Assembly: GCA_902464645.1 (NCBI GenBank)
Contig: CABQKL010000001.1
Location: 2,387-66,386 of the forward strand
Length of the DNA stretch: 64,000 nt
Reading direction: 5' to 3'
From: an uncultured Collinsella sp.
GTDB taxonomy: Bacteria; Actinomycetota; Coriobacteriia; Coriobacteriales; Coriobacteriaceae
The notes below the pieces were generated by a model that worked only from the letters and a program-made list of their open reading frames with translations, did not search any database and had not been told where the DNA came from. Shown one piece after another: positions 47,102 through 57,142 of the stretch. The first letter of the stretch is position 1. Every line of letters starts with the position of its first letter. The position numbers and the translations under genes were made by a program.

Positions 47102-47506
47102 TTAGCCAAAGAAGCGCTTGATCTCGATCTCGGCGTTCTCCAGGCAGTCGGAGCCGTGAATCACGTTAGCGTTGACATCGACAGCGAAGTCGCCGCGAAT
47201 GGTGCCGGGGGCAGCATCAAGCGGGTTGGTAGCGCCCATAAGGGTGCGCATCTTGGAGACAGCGGAAAGACCGGAAACGACCATCTTGACGACCGGGCCG
47301 CTCGTCATAAAGTCACAGAGACCGCCAAAGAAGGGCTTGTCGGCCAGATGGGCGTAGTGCTCCTCGACGGTAGCGCGCTCGAGCATGGTCATCTCCATGC
47401 GCTCGATGACAAGGCCGCTACGCTCAATGCGAGCGACGATCTCGCCGATCTTGCGGTCGCGCACGGCGTCGGGCTTAATCATGATGAAGGTCTTCTCGAT
47501 AGCCAT
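47102..47506 (-). CDS. ndk: Nucleoside diphosphate kinase
   Basis: IKPDAV, HY, SGP, GATNP, PGTIRGDF and NVIHGSD motifs. Confidence 0.96.
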   Translation of the reverse strand: MAIEKTFIMIKPDAVRDRKIGEIVARIERSGLVIERMEMTMLERATVEEHYAHLADKPFFGGLCDFMTSGPVVKMVVSGLSAVSKMRTLMGATNPLDAAPGTIRGDFAVDVNANVIHGSDCLENAEIEIKRFFG

Positions 47507-47888
47507 AAGGTAGCCTTTCAAGTAGGTTCGCGCGTGCCCAAGTCCCATTCCGGCACCCGCCTGGACTGCATCGTAACAGAGTTTTAGCTGCAGTTAAACA
47601 AAAAGCTGTTTATTGAAACGCTACAATTTATTAAAGCGCTCCATATGTGTCACTTCTGTTTCGAAGCCCGATCAGAGTACCATCCGACCACCCATCAACC
47701 GCATCGAACCGAGCAGACGGTCGGTTGCCGTCTGTGAACGTGCCCCCTACACAACCTGCCCAAAGGTCCTACAGAAGTTCTCGACAAGCCCCTCCCCCAT
47801 GGCAACAAAATACGGACGCCCACATCAGCAGACGCCCGTAAACAAAAACGATTTATCAATAAATGGCCGAAACAGCTTCAGCCAAACC

Positions 47889-49319
47889 CTACTTTATCCC
47901 ATGGCCCATCTCGACGACCTTGGTCAGCGATCCAAACACGCCCTCATCGGTCAAGAGCTGCGCCTCGGCACGCTGCAGCTGCACGGCAACGGCGGCAGGG
48001 GCGGTGCCGCCCTCGGTCGTGCGCGCAGCGACAATCGACGGGATATCGAGCGCCTCGGTAATATCGCGCTCAAAGAGCGGGCTTGCCTCCTGGAACACCT
48101 CAAACGGCAGGTCCTCAAGATTGCAGCCACGCTTCTCGCACATCAGGACCAGATGGCCCACCACGGCATGCGCTTCGCGGAACGGCAGACCACGTTTGGC
48201 CAGGTAATCGGCAACATCGGTGGCGGCAAGGTGCCCCACGCCGCACTCGCGCGCCATGGCACCCTCGTTGACGGTCCAGGTCGAAATCATACCGGTCATA
48301 ACGGAAAGGCACTGCATAAGCGTATGGGCGGTATCGAGCGCGCCCTCCTTGTCCTCCTGCAAGTCCTTGTTATAAGCGAGCGGCAAGCCCTTCATGGTCA
48401 CGAGCAGCTGCACCAGGTTGCCATAGACTCGGCCGCTCTTGCCGCGGATAAGCTCGGCAAAGTCGGGGTTCTTCTTCTGCGGCATGATGGACGAGCCGGT
48501 GGAGTACGAGTCGGAAAGCGTGATAAAGCCGAATTCGGAGCTCGACCACAGCACGATCTCCTCGGAAAGACGCGACAGGTGCATCGCCATGACGGAGCCG
48601 GCGTAATGCAGATCGAGCAGGAAATCACGGTCGGAAACCGCATCGAGCGAGTTGGGAATCACACCCGCAAAGCCAAGTTCGGCAGCCGTCATCTGACGAT
48701 CGAGCGGATAGCTCGTACCGGCAAGTGCGGCAGCACCCAACGGGCAGTTGTCGGCTGCATCAAAGGCGGCCTTCAGGCGCGTAAAGTCGCGCGCGAACAT
48801 CCAGGAATAAGCCAGCAGATGATGCGACAGCAGCACGGGCTGAGCATGCTGCATGTGCGTATAGCCCGGCAGAATCACCTTGTCATACTTCTTGGCCGCA
48901 TCCACCAGCACATGGCGCAACTCAAGATTGGCCTCCATGAGCTCCTTGGCCAGCGCCTTGACGCCCAGGCGCGTATCGGTCGCCACCTGATCGTTGCGCG
49001 AACGCCCGGTATGCAGGCGCTTGCCCGCCTCGCCGATGCGACGCGTCAGCTCGCTCTCGATGGACATATGAATGTCCTCATCGTTGATGTCGAAGGTGAA
49101 GTTGCCGGCATCGATATCCTGCTCGATTGCGGTCAGACCCTCGGCAATCGCCTGCTCGTCCTCGGCGCTGATAATGCCCTGGGCCGCCAGCATCTTGGCA
49201 TGTGCCTTAGATCCGGCGATATCCTGCTTATAGAGATGCTTGTCGACCGGCAGCGACGCGCCAAACTCCTGCGTGACCTCGGCCACGCCTGCCTCAAAAC
49301 GACCGCCCCAAAGAGCCAT
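47889..49319 (-). CDS. argH: Argininosuccinate lyase
   Basis: LWGGRF, HTGRSRNDQ, GSSIMPQKKNPD and YNKDLQEDK motifs. Confidence 0.96.
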   Translation of the reverse strand: MALWGGRFEAGVAEVTQEFGASLPVDKHLYKQDIAGSKAHAKMLAAQGIISAEDEQAIAEGLTAIEQDIDAGNFTFDINDEDIHMSIESELTRRIGEAGKRLHTGRSRNDQVATDTRLGVKALAKELMEANLELRHVLVDAAKKYDKVILPGYTHMQHAQPVLLSHHLLAYSWMFARDFTRLKAAFDAADNCPLGAAALAGTSYPLDRQMTAAELGFAGVIPNSLDAVSDRDFLLDLHYAGSVMAMHLSRLSEEIVLWSSSEFGFITLSDSYSTGSSIMPQKKNPDFAELIRGKSGRVYGNLVQLLVTMKGLPLAYNKDLQEDKEGALDTAHTLMQCLSVMTGMISTWTVNEGAMARECGVGHLAATDVADYLAKRGLPFREAHAVVGHLVLMCEKRGCNLEDLPFEVFQEASPLFERDITEALDIPSIVAARTTEGGTAPAAVAVQLQRAEAQLLTDEGVFGSLTKVVEMGHGIK

Positions 49320-49437
49320 GGAACCGTCCCCTTTCATCAAATCCCAAAACAAGCGCCCAAAGCAATGCGCCCTGTCGCTAAAGCGATTTCTCAACCGCTA
49401 GTTTTGCATATTCCCCACCATGCGCGAGGCCATATAG

Positions 49438-49608
49438 CTAATTAGCAAAGAAGTGACGCGCCATGCACTTGGCGCCCAACGTCTCCCTCCGAATGTTGCC
49501 CTGCGAATCATCGATCCAGGCCTTCAGGCTCATAGGGACGTCCTTGACCTTTGCAGCATCGAACTCGGGCGCAAGGGCAAGTAAAGCATGCGCGACAGCA
49601 TTGAACAT
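49438..49608 (-). CDS. Small hypothetical protein (56 aa) between argG and argH
   Basis: SD GAGGAG + ATG: MFNAVAHALLALAPEFDAAKVKDVPMSLKAWIDDSQGNIRRETLGAKCMARHFFAN; below the ORF-track length cutoff. Confidence 0.4.
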   Translation of the reverse strand: MFNAVAHALLALAPEFDAAKVKDVPMSLKAWIDDSQGNIRRETLGAKCMARHFFAN

Positions 49609-49658
49609 AATGGATACTCCTCATATATATAGGCGCAGAGCCGCCAAATTGATAGAAG

Positions 49659-49688
49659 GAGCCCCGCCGGACAACCCCGGCGGGGCTC
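49659..49688 (-). terminator. Hairpin downstream of argG
   Basis: GAGCCCCGCCGG-N6-CCGGCGGGGCTC with only a weak U tail. Confidence 0.55.
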
Positions 49689-49841
49689 GGACTCAGCCGC
49701 AGACGCGACATCATATATGCGGGCGGAACGTAGGGGCCACCGATGTTAAGAAGTGTCAGCAAGCATAACGAAAGGTAGGGACCCCATGCGCCCGTTATGT
49801 ATCACGCGGATGGGCCGCGCGGATACCAAGGAAAGGAAGAC

Positions 49842-51068
49842 TTAAGCCTGGGCGGCAGCAGAGCTGGGACCCTGGACCTTAGCCCATGTCTTGAGCGACA
49901 GCGTATCGATCTCGATAAAGCCGGCGCTGGCCTTCTCGTCAAACGTGGTGTCGCGGTCGTAGGTAGCCAGACCGTAGTCGTAGAGGCTGAAGGGGCTCTT
50001 GCGGCCAACGACATGGCAGTTGCCCTTAAAGAACTTCAGACGGACAGTGCCGGTCACGAACTTCTGGGTGTCGGCCATAAAGGCGTCGAGCGCGTTTTTG
50101 AGCGGGCTGTACCACTGGCCGTTGTACACGGCGGTGGCCCAATCCTGCTCAAGCTTAATCTTGGTCTTGAGCAGGTCGCCCTCGACGCAGATGTCCTCGA
50201 GCGCCTTGTGGGCGGTGATGAGCGTCAGGGCGCCGGGAACTTCATAGCACTCGCGGCTCTTGAGGCCCACCAGACGATCCTCGACCAGGTCGAGACGGCC
50301 AAAGCCGTTGTCGCCGGAGATCTTGTTGAGCGCGATGACGATCTCGGAGAGCTTCATCTTCTTACCGTCGACGGCGACGGGCTTGCCGGCCTCAAACTCA
50401 ATCTCGGTATACGTCGGGGTGTCGGGCGTGTCCTCGGGATTCTTGGTCATAACCCAGGCGTCGTCGAGCGGCTCGTTCCAGGGATCCTCCAGGTGGCCGC
50501 ACTCGATGGCACGACCCCACAGGTTGTCGTCGATGGAATAGGGGTTGTCGTTGGCACCCTCGGGAACGGGCACGTTGTGAGCATGGGCGTAGGCGACCTC
50601 GTCGGGACGGCACTTCAAGTCCCACTCGCGAACCGGGGCGATAACCTTGAGCTCAGGGTCGAGGGCCTTGACGGCGGCCTCAAAACGGACCTGGTCGTTA
50701 CCCTTGCCGGTGCAGCCGTGGGCGACGTAGGTCGCGCCAAACTCGTGAGCGACCTCGACAAGTTTCTTGGCGAGCAGCGGGCGAGACAGGGCGGAGAGCA
50801 GCGGGTACTTGTTCTCGTACATGGAGTTTGCGGCGATGGCCTTGGTCAGGAACTCATCGGAGAACTCGTCGCGCAGGTCGAGCACCTGGCAATCGAGAAC
50901 GCCCAGGTCAAGCGCCTTCTGCTTCTTGGCATCCAGGCCAGTCTCCTCCTGGCCCACGTTGCCGCAGACGCAAACGACATCGAGATTCTTCTCGTCCTGG
51001 AGCCACTTGACACATACGGATGTATCAAGACCACCGGAATATGCGAGAACGACTTTTTCCTTGCTCAT
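49842..51068 (-). CDS. argG: Argininosuccinate synthase
   Basis: VLAYSGGLDTS, HGCTGKGNDQVRFE and YSIDDNLWG motifs. Confidence 0.97.
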   Translation of the reverse strand: MSKEKVVLAYSGGLDTSVCVKWLQDEKNLDVVCVCGNVGQEETGLDAKKQKALDLGVLDCQVLDLRDEFSDEFLTKAIAANSMYENKYPLLSALSRPLLAKKLVEVAHEFGATYVAHGCTGKGNDQVRFEAAVKALDPELKVIAPVREWDLKCRPDEVAYAHAHNVPVPEGANDNPYSIDDNLWGRAIECGHLEDPWNEPLDDAWVMTKNPEDTPDTPTYTEIEFEAGKPVAVDGKKMKLSEIVIALNKISGDNGFGRLDLVEDRLVGLKSRECYEVPGALTLITAHKALEDICVEGDLLKTKIKLEQDWATAVYNGQWYSPLKNALDAFMADTQKFVTGTVRLKFFKGNCHVVGRKSPFSLYDYGLATYDRDTTFDEKASAGFIEIDTLSLKTWAKVQGPSSAAAQA

Positions 51069-51518
51069 GGCTGTTTCCTTTCGCCCTTGGTAGCTAGTTA
51101 GAACATCGGTCAGTTGCAAGTCATTTCAAGGTCATATACCGTGCAATATCAGGTTAAATAGCAAAAATCAGCACATACATGCCCTAGAAACATGCAGCAA
51201 TGTCGTGCTAAAACCCAACGACCTCAAAATGACTCTGTTGGGGCATTTAGCCCCATGCGGACAGAGACGATTGTTATCGTCGTCGGGAAATTGCGCGCTG
51301 GCGTCGGATGGCATTGTCTGCAGTAGTGATGATCTTTACGAACTGCATCTGCCTCTCCTTTCACCTATCGCCGGGCGCAATTCTAATATCGCAAACGGTA
51401 CCTTTTCCTCGGTAAGCGGTTGTTTTTCCGTCCCCGTTTTCGATGGTCGCTATATTACGCTAAAGTGCCCGCAGCACAAGCGACAAATTCAAATTTCTGA
51501 AAAGTTTTTTCATTAGTT

Positions 51519-51536
51519 TGTGAATAGTGATGCAAA
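51519..51536. promoter_or_regulatory. Possible ArgR (ARG) box
   Basis: TGTGAATAGTGATGCAAA fits the TGMATAnnnATKCA consensus; in the divergent region upstream of argG but about 450 bp from its start. Confidence 0.35.
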
Positions 51537-51622
51537 TACGCGCCAATCCTGCGAAAATACGGCCGACTACGGGTTGATGGTTATAACGTCTGAAACAAAC
51601 TCGAAACGAAAGGCTCGCTTTT

Positions 51623-52450
51623 ATGCAAACTTACGAATCGGACGCCAATATCGGAAACATTAAGATTCTCGCCGTCGATATGGACAAGACGTTACTAACC
51701 GACGAGCGCGTGTTACCACAGGGTCTTGATGAGCGCCTGGACAAGCTCGCCGACGCCGGCATCGTATTCTGCCCCGCCAGCGGACGACCCGCCCCAAAAC
51801 TCGAGGAGATGTTCGAGAGCATCAAAAACCGCCTTGCCTTTTGTCCCGACAACGGCGCATGTGTAATCTATCGTGGCAGTTATATCTATAAGAGCATTAT
51901 CGACGTGGAGCTGTACCAGCAGGTCTTGAGCCGCGCCTCGGAGGATCCTCGCGCTGTCCCCGTCCTGTGCTGCTTCGACGAGTTCTACGTGCTTGCCCGC
52001 GACCATCAATACCACGACGAGATCAGCGTCTACTACAACACAATCAACTACGTCGACAGCTTTGAGGGCATTGATATCGAGTCCAACAAGATCTCGATCT
52101 TCTTCCCCGCCTACGATGCCGAGCCCGCATTCCGCGAGACCTATAGCCCCGAGTTCTCGGACAAGCTCTACGTCACCAACGCCGGGCGCGAGTGGATCGA
52201 CTTCATGAACTTGGGCGTCGACAAGGGCGCCGGCGTCGCGCACCTGTGCGAGCACCTGGACATCGATATCGCCGACGCCGCCGCCGTGGGCGATACGTAC
52301 AACGATATCCCCATGCTGGAGCGCGTCGGACATAGCTTTATCGTGGACAATGCCGAAGAGCACATGAACGCGCACGCCAAGTGGCGCATTCCGAGCAACA
52401 ACGACGGGGGCGTACTGACGCTCATCGACGCCATCTTGGCGGCTCGTTAA
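51623..52450 (+). CDS. Cof-type HAD-IIB hydrolase
   Basis: VDMDKTLL, ASGR, DNGA, DKGAG and GDTYNDIPML motifs. Confidence 0.9.
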   Translation: MQTYESDANIGNIKILAVDMDKTLLTDERVLPQGLDERLDKLADAGIVFCPASGRPAPKLEEMFESIKNRLAFCPDNGACVIYRGSYIYKSIIDVELYQQVLSRASEDPRAVPVLCCFDEFYVLARDHQYHDEISVYYNTINYVDSFEGIDIESNKISIFFPAYDAEPAFRETYSPEFSDKLYVTNAGREWIDFMNLGVDKGAGVAHLCEHLDIDIADAAAVGDTYNDIPMLERVGHSFIVDNAEEHMNAHAKWRIPSNNDGGVLTLIDAILAAR

Positions 52451-52461
52451 TCTATCCCGTC

Positions 52462-52587
52462 GCCATGCCCGGGGCCGACCGCTTGATTTTTGCTCGGTCA
52501 AGTCCTGGGCTCGCACGAAGAGCACATTTAGTGCTCTTCGGCTCGTGCGGAATCTACAAAAATCAAGCGGTCGGCCCCGGGCATGGC
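52462..52587. repeat. MITE-like palindrome with perfect 31-bp terminal inverted repeats
   Basis: GCCATGCCCGGGGCCGACCGCTTGATTTTTG (52462-52492) / 52557-52587, with inner hairpin CGAAGAGCAC-ATTTA-GTGCTCTTCG. Confidence 0.9.
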
Positions 52588-52653
52588 CATGTTGACTTTA
52601 CTTGCCGCCAAGATGGCCTCTTGAGTGTCTAGATACTTGGCTGAATTTATTTG

Positions 52654-52694
52654 AACAGAGGGGAGCCCCTTTTTGGAAGGGGCTCCCCTCTGTT
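52654..52694. terminator. Hairpin between the convergent Cof hydrolase and polA genes (possibly bidirectional terminator)
   Basis: AACAGAGGGGAGCCCCTT-N5-AAGGGGCTCCCCTCTGTT. Confidence 0.75.
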
Positions 52695-52723
52695 TTGGTT
52701 ACTTTGGGGTTGTGGGCACTTCC

Positions 52724-55474
52724 CTATTTGGCGTCGGCCCAGGTTATGCCGGTGCTGGCTTCGGCAATTAGGGGGACGCGGAGGTCTACTACGTGTTCCA
52801 TGACGTCGCGGACCATGGTGGTTAGGCGCTCGACTTCGTCGATGGGGCACTCAAAGTCCAGTTCGTCGTGCACCTGCAGGATCATGTGGGCGGCAAAGTC
52901 CTCTTCTTCCAGACGGCGGCTCACGCGGGCCATCGCGATCTTGATGATGTCGGCGGCGGTGCCCTGCATGGGGTGGTTCATGGCCGTGCGCTCGCCAAAG
53001 CCGCGGAGTTGCGGATTTTTGGCCTTGAGCTCCGGAATGTGGCGACGGCGGCCGTACATGGTCTCGGCGTAACCTGTCTGCTTGGCACGCACCACCACGT
53101 TGTCGAGGAACGTGCGCACGCCCGGGTAGGCCTCGTAGTAGCGGTCGATCATGTCGCGCGCCTCGGCCATCGAGATATGCAGCGACTGCGACAGGCCGTA
53201 GGCCTGCTGACCATACACAATGCCAAAGTTCACGGCCTTGGCGCGACTGCGCAAGTCGGGCGTTACCTCGGACACGGGAACGCCAAACACGCGCGCGGCC
53301 GTCTCGGCGTGGAAGTCCTCGCCCTCGTTAAAGGCGCGCACCAGGTGCTCGTCACCCGAGAGATGCGCCAGCAGACGCAGCTCGATCTGCGAGTAGTCCA
53401 CCGCCAAAAAGACGCTTCCCTCTCCTGCCGAAAACGCCGTCTTGACGGTACGGCCCAGCTCCGAGCGCGTCGGAATGTTCTGCAAGTTCGGGTCGCTCGA
53501 GGACAAACGCCCCGTTGCGGTAATGGTTTGGTTGTACGTGGTGTGCACGCGGCCGTCACCGCGGCGCAGCGGGCCCAACGTGTCCAGATAGGTTGACTTA
53601 ATCTTGGACTTCTCGCGCCAGTCCAAGATCAGACGAACGATCTCGTGGTCACGGGCAAGATCACTCAGTACCTTGGCATTGGTCGAATAGTAGCCGCGCT
53701 TGGTCTTTTTGAGACCCTTGGTCGGAAGGCCCATAACGTCAAACAGCACATGCGAGAGCTGCATGGGGCTACCGATGTTAAAGGTCTCGTCACCGGCAAG
53801 GTTGCGAATGCTTCGCTCGACCTCGGTGATCTGGGTCGCCAGGCCCTCGGACAGACTGTGCAGGCGGTCGGGGTCCACGAGCATGCCCGCGCGCTCCATC
53901 TTGGCAAGTACCGGAACGAGCGGCATCTCGATGCCATCGAACACGTTGGCGGCGTTCTCGCGTGCCATGCGGTCGCGCAGTGGTGCGACCAGTGCCAGCG
54001 TCAAGGCCGCCGTGCGAGCGGCGGGCGCAGGAGCATCCTCGCCAGCACCCTCCGCACCGCGCACCGCAGGCAGCGCCATCTGCAGATAGGTATCGGCCAG
54101 ATACGCCTCGTCAAACTCGGAGCGGTCGGAATCCAACAGGTAGGCGGCAACCACGGTATCGAAGATGCGCGTGGAATCGACTGCCAGTGGATCCATGAGC
54201 TCGGGCTCGGAAGAGTCGATGGGCGAAAGCTCATGCAGCAGTGCTTTCATATCCGGGCTCGCCACGCGGCCCTCCATAAACAGGCGCGCAAGCACGCCGG
54301 CGATCACGCCATGGGCGAAGTTGAAGCCATCGACCGCGGCAGTGGTACCGCCTTCGCCCTCCTCAAGCGCAAGCAGCCCCTTGGACGTCGCCAGCCACAG
54401 CGTGCGCGTCAGGCCAAAAAGCGCGCCCTCCTCCTTGTCATCGTCCACCACGGCGGCAATCCACTCGCCTGCCTCGATCGCACGAGCGATCTCGCCGGCA
54501 GCAGCAGCGAGCGCCTCGGCATCGCCAGCGGCAGCACGCATAACGGGGGGAATCTCAAACGTGCTGACAGCGGCCGCAGACCCACCCTCGCCACCAATCA
54601 GTGACAAGAAACGGTTCTGCATGGCCGTAATGCCGAGTGCGCCCAGTGCCGCGGACAGTTCATCAGCAGAAAACGCCGGGAAGGACGTCGCGTCAAAGTC
54701 GAGCTCGACAGGCGCATCGGTGCGAATGGTCGCAACCTTGCGGCTCAGCAGCGCGTCGTCGATGTGCGCACGAAGGTTCTCGCCCATCTTGCCCTTGACC
54801 TCGTCAGCATGCGCGATGACCTCGTCCAAGCTGCCGTACTGTGCGATGAGCGCGCTCGCCTTTTTGGGGCCGATGCCCGGTACGCCGGGAATATTGTCCG
54901 ACGTATCGCCCTTCAGACCGTAAAAATCGGGCACGAGCGCCGGCGTGATGCCGTGATACAGATCATCCACGCTCTCAGGTGTCATAATCGCTACGTCGGA
55001 TAGGCCCTTGCGGGTCGAGACCACGTTGACGTGCTCGGTCACAAGCTGATACATGTCGCGGTCGCCGGTCACCAGCAGCATGTCGCAGCCTGCCTCCTCA
55101 CCCAGGCGCGCCATGGTTCCCAGGATATCGTCGCCTTCCCAGCCCTCGGACTGCAGAATCGGCACGTTGAGCGCCGTGAGCAGCTCCTTGATCATCGGAA
55201 ACTGCGCGTGCAGATCGGGATCCATGGGCGGACGCTGCGCCTTATACTGCGGCAGCATCTCCATGCGCACGCGCGGCTTGCCCTTGTCAAACGCCACGAC
55301 CACACCGTCGGGGTTAAAGGCGTCGATCATCTTGAGAAACATGTTCAGAAAGCCAAAGATCGCGTTGGTGGGGCGACCGTCCGGCGCGTTCATGGTCGGC
55401 GGCACGGCGTGGAAGGCGCGATGCATGAGCGAGTTGCCGTCGATAACGGCAAAGGTGCGGCGCTTGTCAGACAT
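52724..55474 (-). CDS. polA: DNA polymerase I
   Basis: 5'-3' exonuclease motifs IDGNSLMHRAFH and GDTSDNIPGVPGIG; polymerase motifs DYSQIELR, AKAVNFGIVYG and QVHDEL. Confidence 0.97.
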   Translation of the reverse strand: MSDKRRTFAVIDGNSLMHRAFHAVPPTMNAPDGRPTNAIFGFLNMFLKMIDAFNPDGVVVAFDKGKPRVRMEMLPQYKAQRPPMDPDLHAQFPMIKELLTALNVPILQSEGWEGDDILGTMARLGEEAGCDMLLVTGDRDMYQLVTEHVNVVSTRKGLSDVAIMTPESVDDLYHGITPALVPDFYGLKGDTSDNIPGVPGIGPKKASALIAQYGSLDEVIAHADEVKGKMGENLRAHIDDALLSRKVATIRTDAPVELDFDATSFPAFSADELSAALGALGITAMQNRFLSLIGGEGGSAAAVSTFEIPPVMRAAAGDAEALAAAAGEIARAIEAGEWIAAVVDDDKEEGALFGLTRTLWLATSKGLLALEEGEGGTTAAVDGFNFAHGVIAGVLARLFMEGRVASPDMKALLHELSPIDSSEPELMDPLAVDSTRIFDTVVAAYLLDSDRSEFDEAYLADTYLQMALPAVRGAEGAGEDAPAPAARTAALTLALVAPLRDRMARENAANVFDGIEMPLVPVLAKMERAGMLVDPDRLHSLSEGLATQITEVERSIRNLAGDETFNIGSPMQLSHVLFDVMGLPTKGLKKTKRGYYSTNAKVLSDLARDHEIVRLILDWREKSKIKSTYLDTLGPLRRGDGRVHTTYNQTITATGRLSSSDPNLQNIPTRSELGRTVKTAFSAGEGSVFLAVDYSQIELRLLAHLSGDEHLVRAFNEGEDFHAETAARVFGVPVSEVTPDLRSRAKAVNFGIVYGQQAYGLSQSLHISMAEARDMIDRYYEAYPGVRTFLDNVVVRAKQTGYAETMYGRRRHIPELKAKNPQLRGFGERTAMNHPMQGTAADIIKIAMARVSRRLEEEDFAAHMILQVHDELDFECPIDEVERLTTMVRDVMEHVVDLRVPLIAEASTGITWADAK

Positions 55475-55638
55475 ATTGAATACCTCGCTTTGGGCTGGGC
55501 ACGGTTTGCTCACTCCAGTTTACACGCTCCCCGCCCCGCGGCTACCGCACATCAGCCCCCTGCCACCGTGAGCCCGCGCGTGATACGATGGCTCACGGTA
55601 CATCAACCAGCACGATCGATCCGAAAGGAGCCTGCGTC

Positions 55639-57036
55639 ATGGAGCGTCCCTGCGCATGGAAAAAGTACACGCCACAGCAAGTCGAGGAGCTCGAGGAGCT
55701 TTGCCGCGGCTATAAGCAGTTTTTGAGCGAGAACAAGACCGAGCGCCTGTGCGTCAAGGCCGGCATCAAGATGGCCGAGGAGGCGGGATACGTCGACCTG
55801 GAGACCGTGATCGCCGAAGGCCGCGAGCTCAAGGCAGGCGACAAGGTGTACGCCGCCAACCACGGCAAGGACCTTATGCTCGTCAACCTGGGCACCGCCC
55901 CGCTCGAGCAGGGCTTTAACATCCTGGGTGCCCACGTGGACTCGCCGCGCCTGGACCTTAAGCAGAATCCCGCCTTCGAGGCCGGCGACATGGCCTACCT
56001 CGACACGCACTACTACGGCGGCGTCAAGAGCTACCACTGGGTGGCCTCCCCGCTTGCACTTGTAGGCGTCATCTGCAAAAAGGACGGCACCACCGTCGAC
56101 ATCAACATCGGCGACAAGGCAGACGACCCGGTCTTTACCATCTCCGACCTGCTGATCCACCTCTCGAGCGAGCAGATGGCCAAGCCCGCCAAGGACGCCG
56201 TCGACGCCGAGATCCTCGACGTGATCGTGGGTGGCCGCCCCGTCAAGTTTGACGAGGACGACAAGGACGCCCCCAAGGAGCCCGTCAAGCAAATGTTCCT
56301 GGACATCCTCAAGGAGCAGTATGACGTCGAGGAGGAGGACTTCCTCTCCGCCGAGATCGAGGTCGTGCCCGCCGGCCCGGCCCGCGACATGGGCCTCGAC
56401 CGCTCCATGATTTTGGGCTATGGCCACGACGACCGTGTCTGCGCCTATCCGTCCATGCTCGCTCAGATCAATGTGGCCAACGTGGAGCGCACGAGCATCA
56501 CGCTCATCGTCGACAAGGAGGAGATCGGCTCCGTTGGTGCCACCGGCATGACGAGCCGCTTCTTCGAGAACACCGTCGCCGAGATCATGACGCTCGCCGG
56601 CGAGGATAGCCCGCTTGCCCTGCGCCGTGCACTCGCCCACAGCCGTATGCTCTCCTCTGACGTGTCCGCCGGCTTCGACCCGGGCTACGCCGGCAAGTTC
56701 GAGACCAAGAACGCAGCCTTCATGGGTCGCGGTCTGTGCTTTAACAAGTACACGGGCAGCCGCGGCAAGGGTGGTTCCAACGACGCCGACGCCGAGTATG
56801 TGGCCCTCATCCGCGACATCATGGACGAGGCCGGCGTGGACTTCCAGACCTGTGAGCTCGGTCGCGTCAACGCGGGCGGCGGCGGCACCATCGCCTACAT
56901 CATGGCAAAGTATGGCATGAACGTCATCGACTCCGGCGTTGCCGTCCTGTCCATGCACGCCCTGTGGGAGGTCGCTAACAAGGCCGATATCTACGAGGCC
57001 TATCGCGGCTACAAGGCCTTCCTCGAGCGCGCCTAA
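55639..57036 (+). CDS. M18-family aminopeptidase
   Basis: KTER, AHVDSPRLDLK, GHDDR, DKEEIGS, SSDV, GGGTIA and SMH motifs; SD AAAGGAG. Confidence 0.92.
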   Translation: MERPCAWKKYTPQQVEELEELCRGYKQFLSENKTERLCVKAGIKMAEEAGYVDLETVIAEGRELKAGDKVYAANHGKDLMLVNLGTAPLEQGFNILGAHVDSPRLDLKQNPAFEAGDMAYLDTHYYGGVKSYHWVASPLALVGVICKKDGTTVDINIGDKADDPVFTISDLLIHLSSEQMAKPAKDAVDAEILDVIVGGRPVKFDEDDKDAPKEPVKQMFLDILKEQYDVEEEDFLSAEIEVVPAGPARDMGLDRSMILGYGHDDRVCAYPSMLAQINVANVERTSITLIVDKEEIGSVGATGMTSRFFENTVAEIMTLAGEDSPLALRRALAHSRMLSSDVSAGFDPGYAGKFETKNAAFMGRGLCFNKYTGSRGKGGSNDADAEYVALIRDIMDEAGVDFQTCELGRVNAGGGGTIAYIMAKYGMNVIDSGVAVLSMHALWEVANKADIYEAYRGYKAFLERA

Positions 57037-57040
57037 TCCA

Positions 57041-57116
57041 CCCCACCCGTAACTTGCGGTGGAATACGGATTGATTTGGTCTTTCAATAGCCCAAACAGG
57101 CCGTATTCCACCGCAA
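57041..57116. repeat. REP-like palindrome, family A, copy 4 (diverged)
   Basis: CCCCACC then TTGCGGTGGAATACGG (57054-57069) / CCGTATTCCACCGCAA (57101-57116). Confidence 0.9.
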
Positions 57117-57142
57117 CTTCCTTCTTTGGCAGAGGAGCGTCC

